Positions 62,501 through 64,000 of a stretch of DNA of 64,000 nt are shown here, one piece after another. This stretch comes from Octopus sinensis. Taxonomy: Eukaryota. Where the stretch lies: the NCBI RefSeq assembly GCF_006345805.1, contig NC_043002.1, forward strand, positions 18,600,001 to 18,664,000, written 5' to 3'. Positions within the stretch are counted from its first letter, which is position 1; every line of letters starts with the position of its first letter. The position numbers were made by a program, and so were the translations under genes. The notes under the pieces were generated by a model. It was not told the origin of the DNA and did not search any database. It saw nothing but the letters and a program-made list of their open reading frames with translations.

Positions 62501-64000
62501 CCTAAAAGAGGAAGATTTACTCAAACTAGGGCGGGAGATGTGCTATGTTACGATTTGGGATCTTTTCAAGTTCAGATCCACGATTTGTCTGATATTCAAT
62601 GTTTTAACATCCATGAATCGTGGCACAAATTGCTAGTTATTGCTTAGCCCATTGATTAAGGACAACGACCACGATATGTCCTAGCTTTCTCATAGACATA
62701 AAGTATGTAGGACTACATCATTCAGTATGAATCTTCTTTCTTAAAACAGTAGGGTATAATCTGAATAAGATTTTGGCCGTTATTTCAAACAGATTCAACG
62801 ACCACGCAGTTCATTCATAGATGCATACATTAATAAATCAACCGATTAAATAGGTCTAGGATCAGTAACACTTGAGCTATGACCATTCCAGCTTTTTCGT
62901 CATACACAGCATATCTAGGACCATATTATCCAATTAATCCTTCTATTTTTTAAACGGTTAGATGAAATAGGGAGATTTGGTTGCTATTTCTAGCTGACCG
63001 AGGATCCATTGATTCCTGCTGATGAGGAAAAAGATGACATTTCCTTGAACAAGTGTCACATGTTGGTAGCTGGAAGGTCAAGGAAAATATAAAATGATGC
63101 AAGGACACAGAGAGAATTGTTAATTCACAGGTGAGACATTAAAAAAAATAGAGTTGACAAAAATCACAATACGATAAATTGCAAACCCATCCGACCCATT
63201 GCAAGAAAAATAATTGTTAAAACGATGAGCCAGCGATGGAGGCCCTTATGCAGTTGTTCCACCTGCAAGAAATAGCAGTCAAATCTTCTTTAAATTACTT
63301 ATTGTACCATTTAAAAAAGGACACATAGTTCTCAATACCCTATGTCTGAAAACAAAAAAAAAAAAATAGATAGGGCTGGAATGCTTCTGTTAGACGAGGG
63401 TTGACTTAAGGGACAAAAAGGCAGGCCCTTTCAATCTACTTAGAAAACTTAAAATGTTGATACGCATACACAAGCAGTCTTTTATCAGCTCCATCCTGGG
63501 TTTTCGTTTGGTAATATTTTCCTCTGATTCATTTCTTAAGTTCTAATTCATATTGTTCAGCCCCAAGTATCCCACCCATGATCATCTCGTATATTTTCTT
63601 CCAGGTAGTGTGCACCGACGACCAAATTATGCAATTCGTATCTTTTCCTTTACAAGATAGTAAGGATGCTGTACGAGGTAGATTTGGCTGCTATTTCTAG
63701 CTGGGCGAACGAATGTCGACAGTCTTTGTTGGTTTGCCGAAATCAATTTCGCTTACCATCAAGTGTAATTTTACCCAAGTTAATCCTGATCTATCAGATA
63801 TGTAAACAAAGGATTTTCGTTCCAGCTGCGAAAATTCCGCCTTTAAATGCGATTTAATGTATCAAATATGTCCTTCCCTTTTTGGGAGCAATTGGCTGTT
63901 ATTCAAGGAAGATTTGGCTGCTATTTCAAGCAGGTTGAACAGCCTGATCCAACGAGGGAGCTTCAACGCAAAAACATTCCCACAAATTATTTTCTGAAAG

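Noticed and set aside
63017-63050. CTGATGA-GGAAA...TTTCC as a hammerhead
   Set aside because: The stem is followed by TTGAAC rather than GAAA, and stems I and III are absent.

Overview
Eukaryotic, AT-rich, repeat-dense genomic DNA, most likely octopus. That assignment comes from my recognition of the SINE families and the microsatellite load, not from a database search. Two complete intron-containing genes sit head-to-head with about 1.37 kb between their start codons. MRPS22 is on the minus strand (8 exons, 355 aa, 24815->8525) and WDR74/NSA1 is on the plus strand (10 exons, 384 aa, 26184->47892). All introns are GT-AG and their phases chain without a break. The rest of the window is transposon debris: tRNA-derived SINEs, RTE/CR1/R4/Penelope retroelement fragments, Tc1/mariner, Merlin and piggyBac-type elements, and many foldback elements. 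The only long TE ORF is a 468-aa CR1 reverse transcriptase. I cannot demonstrate a new biological system from sequence alone. The best leads are: (i) a locus-specific inverted duplication bracketing MRPS22 exon 1 and part of the shared promoter; (ii) a decayed hammerhead-ribozyme-like core, in the sense orientation, in MRPS22 intron 4; (iii) several long intronic hairpins that could be ADAR substrates; (iv) a three-layer nested Merlin insertion; (v) a foldback whose two arms both carry a transposase C-terminus. Coordinates were counted by hand, and repeat boundaries are approximate.
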